Source of the DNA: Octopus sinensis
Taxonomy: Eukaryota
Reading direction: 5' to 3'
Length of the DNA: 64,000 nt
Assembly (NCBI RefSeq): GCF_006345805.1
Contig: NC_043003.1
Span: 59,706,001-59,770,000, forward strand
Shown: in pieces, positions 12,136-27,120 of the stretch
How positions within the stretch are numbered: position 1 is the stretch's first letter
Layout: each line of letters starts with the position of its first letter
Translations under genes and position numbers: made by a program
Notes under the pieces: generated by a model
The model's database searches: none
What the model was told of the DNA's origin: nothing
The model's input: only the letters and a program-made list of their open reading frames with translations

Positions 12136-14261
12136 CACCCTCTTCAGATTAGACATTCAGTCTTTATAGTGTCCAAACCAAACCAACTATTGTTAATTTA
12201 TGACCTAACAAAACAAAGGGACACAACTTCTATCTCTCTTTGCTCTGTGATCATTGTTTCTCGTTCCCTTTTTTTTCTAGTTTACTTTTTTCTCTTTTTT
12301 GTTCATATCCATTTTTTGTTCAGACATCAGCCATATATTTTCAGTCTGAAAAAAATGTAGTATCAGAATATGAAACCTATAGTAGCCCACATTTAAATCT
12401 TGTGTATATTAAATGATATTAAACGGTTACTGGACGGGGTCCCTTTTGTTGCTTCCACCAATAACGGAGCTGAACGGTATATATTAAAGAAAGAGAGAGA
12501 AATAGGTATTGGGTGAGTAAATATAGCAAAAACGTTAGAACGGATCCCGAGGATATCATACGATTTTTTAATATATAGATAAAACATATAAATAAAGCAA
12601 GGAAATTAAATAATATCCTGCCAACGAATAATTTCCTCATCATACTCTCCCACTCTTCATAGTGAATAGTTGTAAAGACGTGAGTCATACTGGTAGCAAC
12701 TGGACAAATTAGGCCTAACCATTCAGAAATAGTATTTGACAAAAATAAAATGCTTGTTTCTGGTTAAAGGCTTTCATAGTCCATATAAGTGACACCGAGT
12801 CACTCCTTGTCAGAATAGATTGATATACAAGGAAGATGTTAGACAATGGAAAAAGACAGTGATGGGGACATAAGCCGAAATAGACAGTTGAATAGATAGT
12901 CAAATAGGTGAAGAAATAGAATGTGAAATAGACAGTTAGAGAGACAAGAAGACAGAGCGAGAAAATAGACAGTGATCTAGTATGAATGAACATACTTAGA
13001 CGAAACGTTGTAATTAGTGAAATCAAAATGGCTTCTTTTCATTTGCTGTTATAAAGCTACAATTTGGTTGAGAAAATTCAAAATCGAGCAAAAATTCTAA
13101 TTCTTTTTTTCAAATTACTGGTAACTATTTTGTACACCAATTCTTTTAGCGTTCCCCAAGAAACACAAAAAAATTCAGGACAGGTTTACAATATATGTAT
13201 TGTAAAGAAGTAAAAATATATACCATTGATAAACAGATCCTTTTTTTACGATTCTATTCCCGTCTAGGTACCTGGTTAGGGTACTAGTGATGAGTAAAGC
13301 ATTTTGTAAAAACACGTTTTATTTTTTAAATGAGAATACTTAAAAATTAATAATAGTGTTAAAAACCTATTTACATTGTTTCAATAATCCTTGTTCGTAT
13401 ATCAGAAAATCCAGAATAGCTTATTTTAAATGATTCAAATAAATCGTGTGTGTTTTGTAAAGACAAATCTTATTTAAACAACAAAAGGACAAAAATGCAA
13501 TGTTCAGAGTGACATCTTGTAATACAATCAGCAGGATGCCATGGTAGACTGAGAACCACTCCCCTATAGGAATCGTTAATCGGCTACAATACTACACCGG
13601 TACGTACTGACCACTGGAAAATAAAAAGCAAAGTTGACCTCGGTGAGGTTTGAACTTGAGATGACGAGGTTCGCAGCAAAAGACACCTAGGCTGTTAGAA
13701 CTACAAATTGGTGAAGCAGTGAACTGTATTTACACGTTTACTGTTATTGGTTTTAATACTTGGATTGCGGCCATGCTGAGGGCGAGATCTCTTTAAGAAA
13801 TTTGTCCGATGATACCCACACAAGTACTTATTTCAGGCAGATATATATTTGATTGATCTCTAATTTGACATTTGACGTAAAGGGAAGCAACTCAACACAC
13901 GATTTTACACCGATATACACAAAAAACACAGACACAAACACGTGCTCCAACAGAATCAGACAAAAAAATTACATTCAGGGGCGAAGTTATCATACAAATA
14001 TTATTATCTAAAATGTTAGGTACCAAATTGATCATAGTACGGTGATTCCATTTTATGTATGCGTACATACATACATATAGTATGCATGAATGTATATACA
14101 TATGTGTGTGTTTAAAAATCATTCAAAGCAAGAGCACCTAAACCAACTTACCGGAATTGGAAACATTATGAAGGACTATAACGCATAATTAATGCCCGGT
14201 ATAGTTATACACACGCGCGTGCTAGCGATTGGAAACATCACATGGCTAGAGGCGCAAACAG

Positions 14262-14431
14262 TAGATATGTATATACATACATATATACATACACACACAC
14301 ATATATATATATATACACTCACGCACACACACATATATATATACATATGTACATATGTGTGTTTATATGTATATATATATATGTACACATATGTTTATGT
14401 ATATATATATATGTATATATATATATGTATG

Positions 14432-14464
<33 letters not shown>

Positions 14465-14862
14465 GTATATACATATGCATATATATATATATATATATGT
14501 GTGTGTATATATATACATATATATACATATGCATATATATACATATACATATATACATATATACATACATATATATATATATACCTATGTATATATATGT
14601 ATATATACACATTCATATGTATGTGTATATATATGTATATATCACATTAGCAGTGTATATTGTTATAATGTATACATTCATATACTTAAGTGCATATTTG
14701 ATACAAACACATATGTATATACATACACAAATATCATATCTACCTACTTATCTATCTATCTATTTATCTATTTATATGCATACATACATTAATATAGTCA
14801 CATGTAGATATCTACACACACACACACAGAAAAACACACATACACATACATATATATATATA
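14262..14862. repeat. Long degenerate TA/CA/TG low-complexity tract; similar tracts at about 5760-6075, 55560-56010 and 56400-57720
   Basis: Alternating purine-pyrimidine repeats are the source of the many IYIY and VCVC ORFs. Confidence 0.95.
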
Positions 14863-14870
14863 TTTGTACG

Positions 14871-14968
14871 CTTTTACTCTTTTACTTGTTTCAGTCGTTT
14901 GACCCCGGGACTTATTCTTTGTAAGCCTAGTACTTATTCTATCGGTCTCTTTTGCCGAACCGCTAAGT
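14871..14968 (-). mobile_element. SINE family A 3' fragment with internal deletion
   Basis: cttttactcttttacttgtttcagtc...ggacttattctttgtaagcctagtacttattctatcggtctcttttgccgaaccgctaag. Confidence 0.75.
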
Positions 14969-15277
14969 GACGGTTATATATATATGTATATATATGCATA
15001 CATATATATATATAATATGCATACATGTATATGTATATACATATATATATAACGACACACACAGCATACATACATACGTGAGTGTGTGTGTGTGTCTGTG
15101 TGCGCGTCTATATATATAAGCACTCACAGAGAAGATACTTGCATACATATGTCCGTTCATATACCAATGCATACCTTTACACTTGCATTCATACACATAT
15201 ATATACATACGTGTGAGTGAGCATCCATACATTATCTCATGAAACTGTATACTAGTTTCTATCAAAATTTTTTTCAG

Positions 15278-15385
15278 AGTACCGTACACAGTTATCTCCC
15301 TTCGACTAATGCTACCTGTCACATGACCACAACTGCTTTCCGTGCACCTATCACGACTACTTTACCTTACATAGCAAACATCAAA
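15278..15385 (+). CDS. Weaker candidate 108-nt exon, phase 0-0, STVHSYLPSTNATCHMTTTAFRAPITTTLPYIANIK
   Basis: Acceptor aatttttttcag| and moderate donor AAA|gtaatt. Only frame 0 is open. It is phase-compatible with 8055-8129. Confidence 0.22.
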
Positions 15386-15924
15386 GTAATTCACGCTAGC
15401 TAAACAATCAGGTTTCTGTATATATTTCTTCTCTTCCATGGGTCACTATATTTGCTATTGCTTTGAAATATGTTTATTATACATTAATACAGAGAATAAT
15501 TTCGCTCCATACAGAGTCAGGGAAACACAGGTAATGGGGCGTGCCTGTACGTGTATTTCTGTATCCGCACGTATGTTGTGTTTCGTTTATCGATGTATTT
15601 CTTCATTTATGTAGGAACCGTTTATTGCTAATTAAAAAATAAATTAAAATGTTAACAGACATGTATATGACATATTCTAAATATGAAATCTGGTGTTTAG
15701 AAATGTGCAGGAATGGATCGTAGGTGTTATAAACATTACGACCTATGAATAGATATTGTTATGAATGCAACTAGTATTGTGGTTTTGCCTGTAGGTTTTG
15801 TATGTCTGTTTGTGCGCAAGCGAGCTTATACTTATGCGTGAGTGTGTATGCATGTCTGATTACACATATTTCGTACAGATACGGACACTCACACAATATA
15901 TAGACAGACAGAAAGACAGACAGA

Positions 15925-15926
15925 TA

Positions 15927-15985
<59 letters not shown>

Positions 15986-15986
15986 T

Positions 15987-16031
<45 letters not shown>

Positions 16032-16042
16032 CAGATAGATAT
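15925..16042. repeat. (GATA)n microsatellite; others at about 28718-28770 and 57295-57375
   Basis: Direct inspection. Confidence 0.95.
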
Positions 16043-16698
16043 ATATAAGAAAGAGACTGACATATATATATATATATATATAGTAGGTTTTAAAATAGAA
16101 AGTTGTCTAATACCGCATCGTTGCTTCATAATGACACATCGACTGTTCGCGTGCACGTTTGTGTGAGTGCGTGTAGTATGCCTGCATGTACGTGTGCAAG
16201 CTCGTGTACTCTCGCGCGTCAGTGTGTGCGTGCGCGTGTGTCTGCAATTGCGTTTTTCTGAGCGCATATGATTGTGCATGTGTGCTTAAAAGATCGGTTG
16301 AACTTTATCTGTGGTGTCGTAATCTGTCTGTCTGCTAGGCCGGTAAATGTTAATGCCGAGGTGTGATAAGTGGGGTAGACTTTCACAAGTCCCCAAACGT
16401 TTTTGGTAAATAGCGGTGGGTGGCGGGTTGGCTTATGCATTTAAGCAGTCCACAGAAAGTCTGGATAGGAAAAAAAAAAAAAAACGAAAAAAAAAAAAAA
16501 AGAACGCAGACGAGGAATAGAGAGACTGGCAGAGGGAAGAAAAACATTCAAGGTGTTAAAAATGGGCCATACCAAGAAAGCTGTCTCGTATGCACACACA
16601 ATTCTTCATATACTCCTTATTAAGCAATTTTTTTTTTAGATTATTGCTGCTGTTTCTGTTTCGATTATTATTAAAAATGTTTTTGAAAATCTATATTA

Positions 16699-16774
<76 letters not shown>

Positions 16775-16854
16775 CATAGAAGTCAGTTTCTTATTGCAAC
16801 TGGCAAAACAGTGCAACGGAGAAACGAAAGAAAAAATAAAAACACACAATATTA

Positions 16855-16896
<42 letters not shown>

Positions 16897-17486
16897 GGAA
16901 AGGAAAAACGAATTCATAAATATATTAAGTTTGGCTGTTTTTTTTATATAAATTTCCCATAATGTGTATTTCATACATTTGTGTGTGTGTGTGTGTGTGT
17001 ATTTTTGTGTGCTATGTGCATGATTTCTTGTATTCGTTAGCTTCTTTAAATATTTATGTGTTCTTATATATGCTTGTGACACACACTCAACACACACGCA
17101 ACACACACAAACACACATATAATGTATATACGCATACGTGTACATGCATATGTGTGAGAGTGAATGTGTCTGTATATGTATATATCTATGTGATTCATAC
17201 ATCATCTATACATGCAAGTGCATCTATGTGAAACAAAATGGCATCAGAAAACGTGTTAAAGTTGTTTAAATATCTGAAAATAAAAATAACTAAATAAAAT
17301 AGTTGAATTCGCAAATTCTTTTAAAGATAAAACAAAAAAAATATTTATTTACTCCATATGTTTGGTAATTTTTTATATAGATAATAATAAGGAGCTACTA
17401 GTTTCTTCAAATTTAATGCTTACTCCTACTTAATATATTATTCCTATTGTTTCGGCTATTTGAAATTACACCTCAGTCACTACACA

Positions 17487-17541
<55 letters not shown>

Positions 17542-17550
17542 ATATATATA

Positions 17551-17613
<63 letters not shown>

Positions 17614-17699
17614 TATGAGATAATTTGCATAGAAGGAAACGAAAGGCCTATGTTATTCAGAAATAAAAGTATTTTTTAAAATTCCCGAAACTGTCAACT

Positions 17700-18330
17700 A
17701 GATAATGGCTGGGGGATGAGAGTTTATTCAAGTAGCTGCCTTCAGTTGCCTCAAGATGTCTTCGAAGTCTAGTGCATGCGTTTCACATAGTGTCTCCGCG
17801 AGTAACTTCGAAAAGCTCATTGATTTTGGCCACCAGCTCAACTATAGTGTTGCAGGAAGAGCGATTGGTGTCTTTTCAAACTCCGATCTACATATATTAT
17901 TCCGTAAGATTGCAATCGGTGGAATTTCGAAGCCAGAAATTGGGATGATGAAGTCTTAGAAATTCTCCAACAACCACTTCTGGCGATATGCAAAGGAGAC
18001 GTATCCTGCTTCCACATGTATGGCCTGCCAGCAGCGGCTTTCTACAGGCTGGGTGTGACCACAGCCTCCAGCAGCTTCACATACCCATAGGAAATCAATC
18101 TAAGGCCCTGTTCATAAGTTGTTTGTCAAATTCCAGTGTGCGGACGCTGTCAGAACGTCTGCTGTATCCCTTCCTGCAGACCACGACTTCGAAGTCTTCG
18201 TTGCAGCCGTCCATGCCATATATTGTTGTAAAGGATAAGGAATAAAAGTTATGCTCTCTTGTAAAGTTTCGTGGCCCATCAGATGTGAAAGTCTCTTCAA
18301 AAATTGGGGAAAAGAACACCTATGTAGAAC
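17700..18330 (-). mobile_element. Internally deleted Tc1/mariner-superfamily transposase pseudogene, probably maT/DD37D-like
   Basis: Minus-strand pieces: N-terminal RKGYSRRSDSVRTLEF, then YVKLLEAVV...AAGRPYMWKQDTSPLH, QKWLLENF*DF, PNFWLRNSTDCN, NTIVELVAKINELF..NACTRLRRHLEA. These match mariner-type catalytic-domain motifs (QD.AP.H; FWPPNSPD.NP; AC..FR.RLEA). It has stops and frameshifts and lacks the middle of the domain, so the subfamily assignment is inferred. Confidence 0.8.
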
Positions 18331-19095
18331 TGATGAGAAACGAACAAGTCTTATATCGAAGCTATAGTTTTCCATTTGCTTCTAAGATCATAGGTGTTCT
18401 GGGCTACGTAACAACTGATCTAGAAATGCTTGAGTTTTCCACAAAAGTACTGAGTAGACTGATTCGCACTCTCCCTATGCAATCTATGAAAAAGTCAGAA
18501 AATTGTTAAACATTTCAGAGATTTTCTATTCGAATTGTCTCTGTGGATATATGCACTCAGTCATGTATATATACAAAATGCATATAAACAATTGCATAAT
18601 GTACAATACTGTCCTTATGTAATACGAACATCCTCGAACAACACACGCTCCAAATTATATATGAAGCTATCCAGATAACCACAAACCTAGGAGCAGTCTT
18701 GAAATAAAGAACCTTGTTAGTGACTGGCTGTAATATTGCAAAGATTTAAAATAAATCCAGAAAAAACAAACCATGACTTATCATCTTAGCCTATGCTTTT
18801 TGCTGCTTTTCATCTTCCCTTACTTATATTTCTACTCTTCAAACTTGTATTTTTTTAATATCAAACCCATTTTTCTAAACTGTTTCTCATCCTCAATCTG
18901 CGTTTTGCGTTGTTGTCCACATGATATCTCTCTCCTTTCTCTCCCTTGTATATTATTTTACACTTCTTCATCATCATACGTTGTCAGAGAATTCAACAGC
19001 GATAACATTCTTTTGCTATGGAAGCGTAGAAATGGTTGTCATCAAAGAGAGAGGACAATGTGAATGAAATTACATGATTAAGAACAGGGAAAGAA

Positions 19096-19135
<40 letters not shown>

Positions 19136-19470
19136 ATTGAAGGAGAAGGAAGTATCAATCTTGTTGCTTGACTGCTTCGACCCGGTTGGACGAAAAGCAA
19201 AGTCGGCCTCATAGGCATATGTCCTCAGAACGTAAAGGCCCTACAATTATTATGACTATATATATATATATTATATATATATATATATATATACATATAC
19301 ATGCCTGTATAAAAATACTTATACACGCGTGTATATATATATATATATATACACACACATACACATACATATACATGCCTGTATAAAAATACTTATACAC
19401 TCGTATATATATATACACACACACATACACATGCATAGATATATAAATATGTACTTAGATATAGGCATAT

Positions 19471-19501
<31 letters not shown>

Positions 19502-20519
19502 TAACACTCATATATTTCTGCCTGCATGAACTTATGTACATGTGCACGTATGCAAACACGCATATACACACAATTCTGTGTTTCACTTTCATAAACCTAC
19601 ATTCGTTGCTCCCATGCACACCTACTGACATATATTTCATACACATACACCACAGACTGTGTAATATACGGATTATTTCACCTTATTTATTGACTGATTG
19701 TCCGGCTGATTGATTGGTGTTGTTGTTGTTTAATTAAGCAGTCATGTTTGTGCAAGCCTGTAGGCTGCTAGCGACTACCAATTATTAACAGACTAAAATT
19801 ACGCCATTACTATAAAACAGGCTTCATTCACACACAAACACATACATTATAAATACATATTACACATACCTACATATACATACAAATATGCGAACATCGG
19901 TATGCATGTGTGTGTGTGTGTTTGTCTCTATATATACATATGTATACATACGTATGGAAACATAGACGTAACCAAATACATATATATATATATATACAAG
20001 CAAACAGGTACATAATGTACCCTGAATTTTTATTATATATATATACATATGTATATATTCTTATATATGTACACAAGCACATATGATTGCATTCATGCAT
20101 GTTCATACATTATCAATACATATACGTATCTATATAGATGCATGAATATATAGATATGTATACTCACACGTATATATATACGTATATGTATACGTATATA
20201 TTGGTTTATACACTCACATAAACATGCAGAAGAGGTATGCTATATGTGTTTAAATTTGGGAGGTTTTGCATTTTATATCAAAGATATTAATAGATATTAA
20301 ATGTCCAGATAGGATAGTGGAAAAATCGCCTCGAACAGACCACCTGAAGTTGTCTCTAATAGTTTAACTTCCAGAAATATTATTGTAAGCTACACACAAA
20401 TCGCTCCGTTTCATCTCAGAGTACAGTTGTTCCAGGGGAAATTACTGGTATTTTGCATCCCCAAAAAGCAATGCAGAAAAGTAATACACTGTATCTTATA
20501 CAGTGAGAAAAATATTATT

Positions 20520-20741
20520 TTACTGTTTTTACTCTTTTACTCGCTTCAGTCATTTGACTGTGGCCATGCTGGAACACCGCCTTTATTCGAGCAAACCTAC
20601 CCCAGGACTTATTCTTTGTAAGCCTAGTACTTATTCAATCAGTCTCTTTTGCCGAACCGCTAGGTTATGCGGACGTAAGCACATCAGCATCGGTTGTCAA
20701 TAGATGCTGGGGGGACAAACACAGACACACAAACATATACA

Positions 20742-20795
<54 letters not shown>

Positions 20796-20796
20796 T

Positions 20797-20833
<37 letters not shown>

Positions 20834-20912
20834 CATATACATGTTTCTTTCAGTTTCCGTCTACCAAATCCACTCACAAGGCTTTGGTCAGCCGGAGGCT
20901 ATAGTAGAAAGA
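20520..20912 (-). mobile_element. SINE family A, head-truncated
   Basis: Collinear with 9951-10270, including the internal (CA)n(TA)n. Confidence 0.8.
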
Positions 20913-21944
20913 CAGGTTTATCTTTCTTGCAAAAAAAAAGGTTTTTTTAGGGAGAAATGCAAAATGATAATTCTTAATATTTCGACTTCCCTTTTACTAA
21001 ATAGAAAATGTTCAATGAGTGAATTAAGAAACTTCCAATTGTCAGTTAGGCATGCTGGAAAAAGCAGACATATTTCCCTCAAATCACACACCACCGTCTT
21101 AAAATAGTAAAAGACATGAGATAATACCGTTATACATATCTCCAAACGTACGGTATGTTGACTGATGATATGCCGTTAATGATAGGTGCATTGATTTGGA
21201 TTGATCGGAGGACAAATAAATAAATATATTATTCACTAGAGGATAAATAAATGCCAAGAAAACTCATATAATGTATGTTGTTGCAGTTTAGCCCCTTTCA
21301 ACAATGTAAGCCTGAACGAATTCCACATGCATGAAACTTCAGGCAGTTCTATATGTGTTTGTGTGTCTGTGTGTGTGTGTGTGAGTGTGTGTGTGTGTGT
21401 AAATGTGCATAAAAATAGATAGATAAACCTATAAACACAGATGTTTGAGTGCGTGTGAGCGAATGTTTGTCATTTATGTTCTATATGCTTCGTGGAAGTT
21501 GCTACCAGTAACCGTAATATTTCATTTGAACAAAGAAAACAGCCTAGAATATTAATTAATAAATAAATTAATTAATTAAATGGTTTTCATTACACTAATT
21601 AAACTGTCCTTTCTTCTTCCAGCTCCTCTCACCTTTTCAAGCATTCACCTTCTCTCACACTTTTAATGAAGTTAACTTAACAATTATAATTAGCGTTTGG
21701 GTATAACTAGTAACATATACGATCAAGTCATATGGATATCATAAATGTACAATGACCATTTATGAAGTAGGTCGCATTATATCAATATGTAATTGTAAAT
21801 CTCTGGGTAATTTAACGGTCTTCGTAGCTGAAATTAATTATTTGAAACGGCTTACTTGTTAAATTTATTTACACATTAGACAGTTTAGTCTCATATTATC
21901 AACATCACGGTATCACAGTAAACACTTTGAACTCAAAAAGAGTA

Positions 21945-21986
<42 letters not shown>

Positions 21987-22083
21987 CGCACACAGATATA
22001 CATCGCCATGTCGATAATATTAATTGCTCGGTTGTGAGCAACTGAAGAAAACCGTCATTGAGAATTGTCATCTTGTTTATTAT

Positions 22084-22150
<67 letters not shown>

Positions 22151-22209
22151 TTCATTTTGGAATTTGGTTTGCAAGATTCTTTATGTGAGTTGGTGTGTTG
22201 AATCATATT

Positions 22210-22486
22210 CTGTTGTCTCTGAGGATAGTTATTCTCTTTTAGTGCCTTACAATTTAACACACTCACTGGTAAATTGTCACTCATTTACTTGATTATTTTT
22301 CTAAAATTTTCGTTGCATCTTGCAACCTTTTCAGTAGTTATTAACATTCAAAAACTATTGAAAATGCTGCAAGACGCAACGAAAATTTTAGAAAAATAAA
22401 TACTAAGTAAATGAGTGGAAATTTTACCGTTGAGTGTGTTAGAATATAAGGTACTAAAAGAGAATGACTCTCCCCAGACACAATAG
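22210..22486. mobile_element. Fold-back (palindromic) MITE of unclassified family, full copy
   Basis: Imperfect inverted arms of about 130 bp, including ttttctaaaattttcgttgcatcttgca / tgcaagacgcaacgaaaattttagaaaa. The ends are ctgttgtctctgagga / tccccagacacaatag. Confidence 0.7.
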
Positions 22487-22632
22487 ATAGATATTATTTA
22501 ATGAATGACAGAAATACCGGAGTTACATAATCACCTACATTAGCTCTCAACTGTTTGTGGTATATGCAATGTAGAGATAATAGCTTGTGCAAAATTCTGT
22601 AGCTTCTTCGAAGCAATGCCAAAGTGAAAACA

Positions 22633-22697
<65 letters not shown>

Positions 22698-22873
22698 AAT
22701 GAATTCCAGCTATATGAATTCCCTATCCTGCGTAGAATATGCTTGCTGCTGAGGTTTAACTCGGATGAAACATGCTCATTTCTTTCATCAGTTGACTTTA
22801 AAGCCTCAACTCCACACCAATCTGCATTATCCATCTTGTCGAAAAATTTATTAGTGTTTTATATACATATGTG

Positions 22874-22926
<53 letters not shown>

Positions 22927-23669
22927 TTACCCTTGCTCAAGGCTGACCAACAGAAATAACACAGGCCACCAGGGGAGCTACTACTTGGTCACTCGTTCCA
23001 CTAGAAATATCAGCTAAATCTAAAAAAAAATCACATCACCTGCGTCTTGAAACCGAAATTCTGAGATATTTGGGCAACTGGGGGTACATGACTCAGCTCT
23101 GTCGGGGTGAGTGATTCTCTGTCGCAGCGTTAAACCCTGCGTGGCACTGCTTTAAGTTTCTATTCGAATGACTGGCGAAAAATGAAGCGAAGTGCCACAC
23201 TCAAGGATATAATGCGCCGTTCATAGATAAGAAACTCAAGACTTTACGATCGTGACTATGAAAATTCTAACCACAAGGCTACGGGCCTTCAATCACAAGA
23301 TCCTTACAATCTTGAAATAGAACACGTTGGATAATTTAGTTCTAAGTTTTCTGCACATAGGATCAAGTTGGTTAATATTATTGGAAGGCCTTTAGTGAGG
23401 ACGGTAAAAAAATAAGGGTGGGCTTACCTGCTGTAACAGCAATCAGGGCTTACCTGGTGTAACAACAATAACAAATTGTGAATATTTAAATACTTTTACT
23501 TTTCAAATACATCACATTATATTTTCATAAAATAAATATCCACATGCTTATATTTTAATTATTTCTTCTATATGTATCAGACCACATATTGACTTAGTTT
23601 CTTATCTTTATTGTTTCCTAGTCTCTCTCTTTCTCTCTCCATATATACACACGCATACACACACACACA

Positions 23670-23730
<61 letters not shown>

Positions 23731-24554
23731 ATGTTCACACAGGCAAACTCTTTCTCGTTTCTATCATTGTCTCCTCTTTTCCTATCTTTCTTTTTGATTC
23801 TTCTAGCCCCACTTCACTATCATTCGTTTTGCTTAGTATTTATTTTCTTTTTCTTTTTACTTTCATATATTATTTTCTCTTTATTTTCTCCCCTTTTAAT
23901 TCAACTTCTTTTCGTTCTTCACTTGAATTCCCATTTTTAGCAAAAGCACGTTTTATGAAGTCGACTGGAAGCCAAACTACTTTTTTTCCCCTTTATTTCT
24001 TTATATTTCTATTATTTTTCGATTTTCCTTCTACCCATCACGCCCACCCTTACTTTTTACCGTCCTCACTAAAGTTACACACACACACTCTCACACACAC
24101 ACGTAAAGGAAGTTGTAATAAAAGCAGAATACCATCAAGAGGACACACAAACAGATTAGAAAACGAAGATGTTATAAGAGAGAGAGAGAGAGAGAGAGTT
24201 GTGTCTGATTCAACAACGACACAGACCACCCGACTAGTTTAAACTAAGGGGTGGCCGTAGAAACTAGGTGAACAATTGTTACCGATCGCGGTTCGGTCTT
24301 ATACAACAGAAGGTTGAGTGACGTGAGCAAAGAACGGTTAAGGGTCAAACCCACCTACTCACTCTTACCATTGTTGTTAATGTAACCGAACACTTCGCAC
24401 TTACCATCAGCTAGCCTTTATTTTGTGCAAAGCGTATTCGTATGTAAGTCTGTCTGTATATGTTTGTGTATATAGGTATACACGAGTGTATTTATATTAC
24501 GTGGATCTATGATTTATGTGTGCGTGTGTATATATGTATATGCACACACTTAAA

Positions 24555-24617
<63 letters not shown>

Positions 24618-25269
24618 AAGTTTGTATGTGTACGTATATACGTATGTAAATGTGGATGGATGGAAATAGATAGATTGGAGAGGCCGGGTGGACTGATGAA
24701 CGCTTGTGAAGTTACTTTGTGGAAGTGATAAGAGAGGAATCAACCAAGCGTGAAAATATTATTCATGCGTAGTTTTTCAAACAGTAATCTGCCACGTTTT
24801 GTGTGACGAATTCTAACGATGCGTGCATAGAGTGTACATTTCTCTGTTAGCTATTTGATTGGGTTATATATTTATACCAACAATATGGCGGACGCCAAAT
24901 ACCTCAAGGGAGCTTGCTGCAGATATGATAGCGACTCACATATGCAATATAGTGAGCTGAAAAACTTAGCCAGAGATTATCCTAGCAATTAGTAGGAATA
25001 CATCCCTCTAGGTTTGTTTAAAATCGCGAAGAAAATCTATATAATATAGAGAATAAGAGGCAAGGGTGTTAACTCCAATACTATCAGTTCGAAACCTTTT
25101 GACAATACAGACAGAGCTGATTGGAGTGAATATACTGTTTAAAGTCAATTGGTAAGACATGTTTTAGTCTTATTAGACCTCCACATCGGAACATAGTCAG
25201 CCCAGATGTTAAGAGTTAGACATTAACAGTTGATCGAATTTTATCTAACTATCTATCTATCTATCTATC

Positions 25270-25303
<34 letters not shown>

Positions 25304-25318
25304 ATATATACATATAGC

Positions 25319-25349
<31 letters not shown>

Positions 25350-27032
25350 TGAGAATGTGAAAGAAAGGGGAGCATTTCTTGAGTGCATTGTTAGATGTAA
25401 GGTTGCTCGTTGTGTGATTAAATCTGCACGTAGAGTTTCACCTTCCATTTTACCTTCAATAAATTTATGTGGTTTGTAATGTGCCTAACAGTATTAACGG
25501 CTGTAATATACACAGAAAATGAAGGGAAAAGTGTGACTAACACAAGATGCCCCCTATATTATTTGATCTCTATATACGTTTCGCTTTTGTAGCTATTTGC
25601 ATCTCCTTCAGTGGTTGTTCATAGTATATTTGCATGCTGAACCACATCAGTTCTTCAAGGAAAAACTTATTGCATAATGTTTACAGGGATCAAGCATACG
25701 TAAATGCTAACAGACAAACAATACACCTGAAAGATCTACCAGAACTTCATGAATGGTTTCCTCTATCAGTCTTACATCAATATTGAGGCTATAGAATTGC
25801 AATACGACCTACTCCCTAAGTGAACACAGATTGGATGAGTATCCCGGTGACAATTTTGTTTGAATTACAGGAACAGAATATCCGGTGGTATTCAACAGTT
25901 ACTATTTACAAAATTTCGTTCACAAAATTTGGTGCACGGGAAGCTACTATAGAATATAATTACTCAAACTTCAGAAATACTTGGTTGCGAAACGAACTTC
26001 GTAACCCCATAGCCACGCAAGGTCCTCTTCAAGCAACATGGTTAAAAAATTGTTAAACGTCTGGTCCTTCGATATGCTTTTGATAAACGTTGATTCGAAC
26101 CCTTTAAAACAAGAAATATAGCGTGGTAGTAATGGTGGTGGTGGCAATGTGAATACTTGTGTGATGGTGCATCACTTGCTGTATAGATTCAACATATTGT
26201 TGAAGTATATTGGTTGATTTCAACGCGGCACAATGACCTAATTTTTCCATAAAAACAAAACAAAATCCTTATTTACAACATAGTTGTAAGATTGCGGAAG
26301 ATATAGACGAAGAATATAATTCGAATTGTTTTCAACCAAAATTCAGAATCGCCTCGCAGTCATGTCTCACACGGAAGTTGTTTTAAGACACTCGCTACCT
26401 ATTTTACAAAGATATCGATTTCTTTTGTTAAATTATTGATATCGTCTTAGCTACTTGTCTCAAAGACATTGCCTCGACTGTTAAAACAGACTAAATTAAA
26501 CAAATAAAAAGAAGTTTAATAATTCAGACATTTCAACTACACGCAAGAATCATTTTGTGAGACAAGGATGAAGGTCGATATTTCCAACCCTTTACTTTGT
26601 TGGCACTTTTTATGATCAAAATGTGTATACAAAGAGTGAAGTCAACTCCAGCGTGATTTGAACCCCGAAGTAATAGTTCGAAACTGAATATTGTTTGGCA
26701 TCAAATTCAGTGCTGTATCGTCCATGATACCAGACTGCCCTTCAGTTGTATAGTAAATTAAGCCTCAAGATGTAAACAAACGCTTTTGGGGTTCCAACTA
26801 AAAAGAAAAATAGACATAATTGCAGCAAAGATAAAAGTAGGATTTTGAAATCAGCCATAAAATTAGAGGATTCACTAACATCTAACCACCAACTACTTTT
26901 CAGGCAATTTTTCACACTGCATATATTTTCTTTCAAAACCTTCCGAATTATCCGAAACGCTATTATTATGTATTATATACAGACGTACTTATATGCATGC
27001 AAACGTGTATAGTTAGCTGATACATATATATA

Positions 27033-27120
<88 letters not shown>

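Noticed and set aside
5369-23452. YAG|GTAAG sites on the minus strand (about 5369, 23428 and 23452) resembling recursive splice sites or microexons
   Set aside because: A rough estimate gives about two such 8-mers by chance in 64 kb of this composition, and two of the three come from one 24-bp duplication.
25500-26100. Non-repetitive block with faint resemblance to a non-LTR RT on the minus strand (HLRMLDPCKHYA)
   Set aside because: There are stops in all frames and the resemblance is too weak to call without a profile search.
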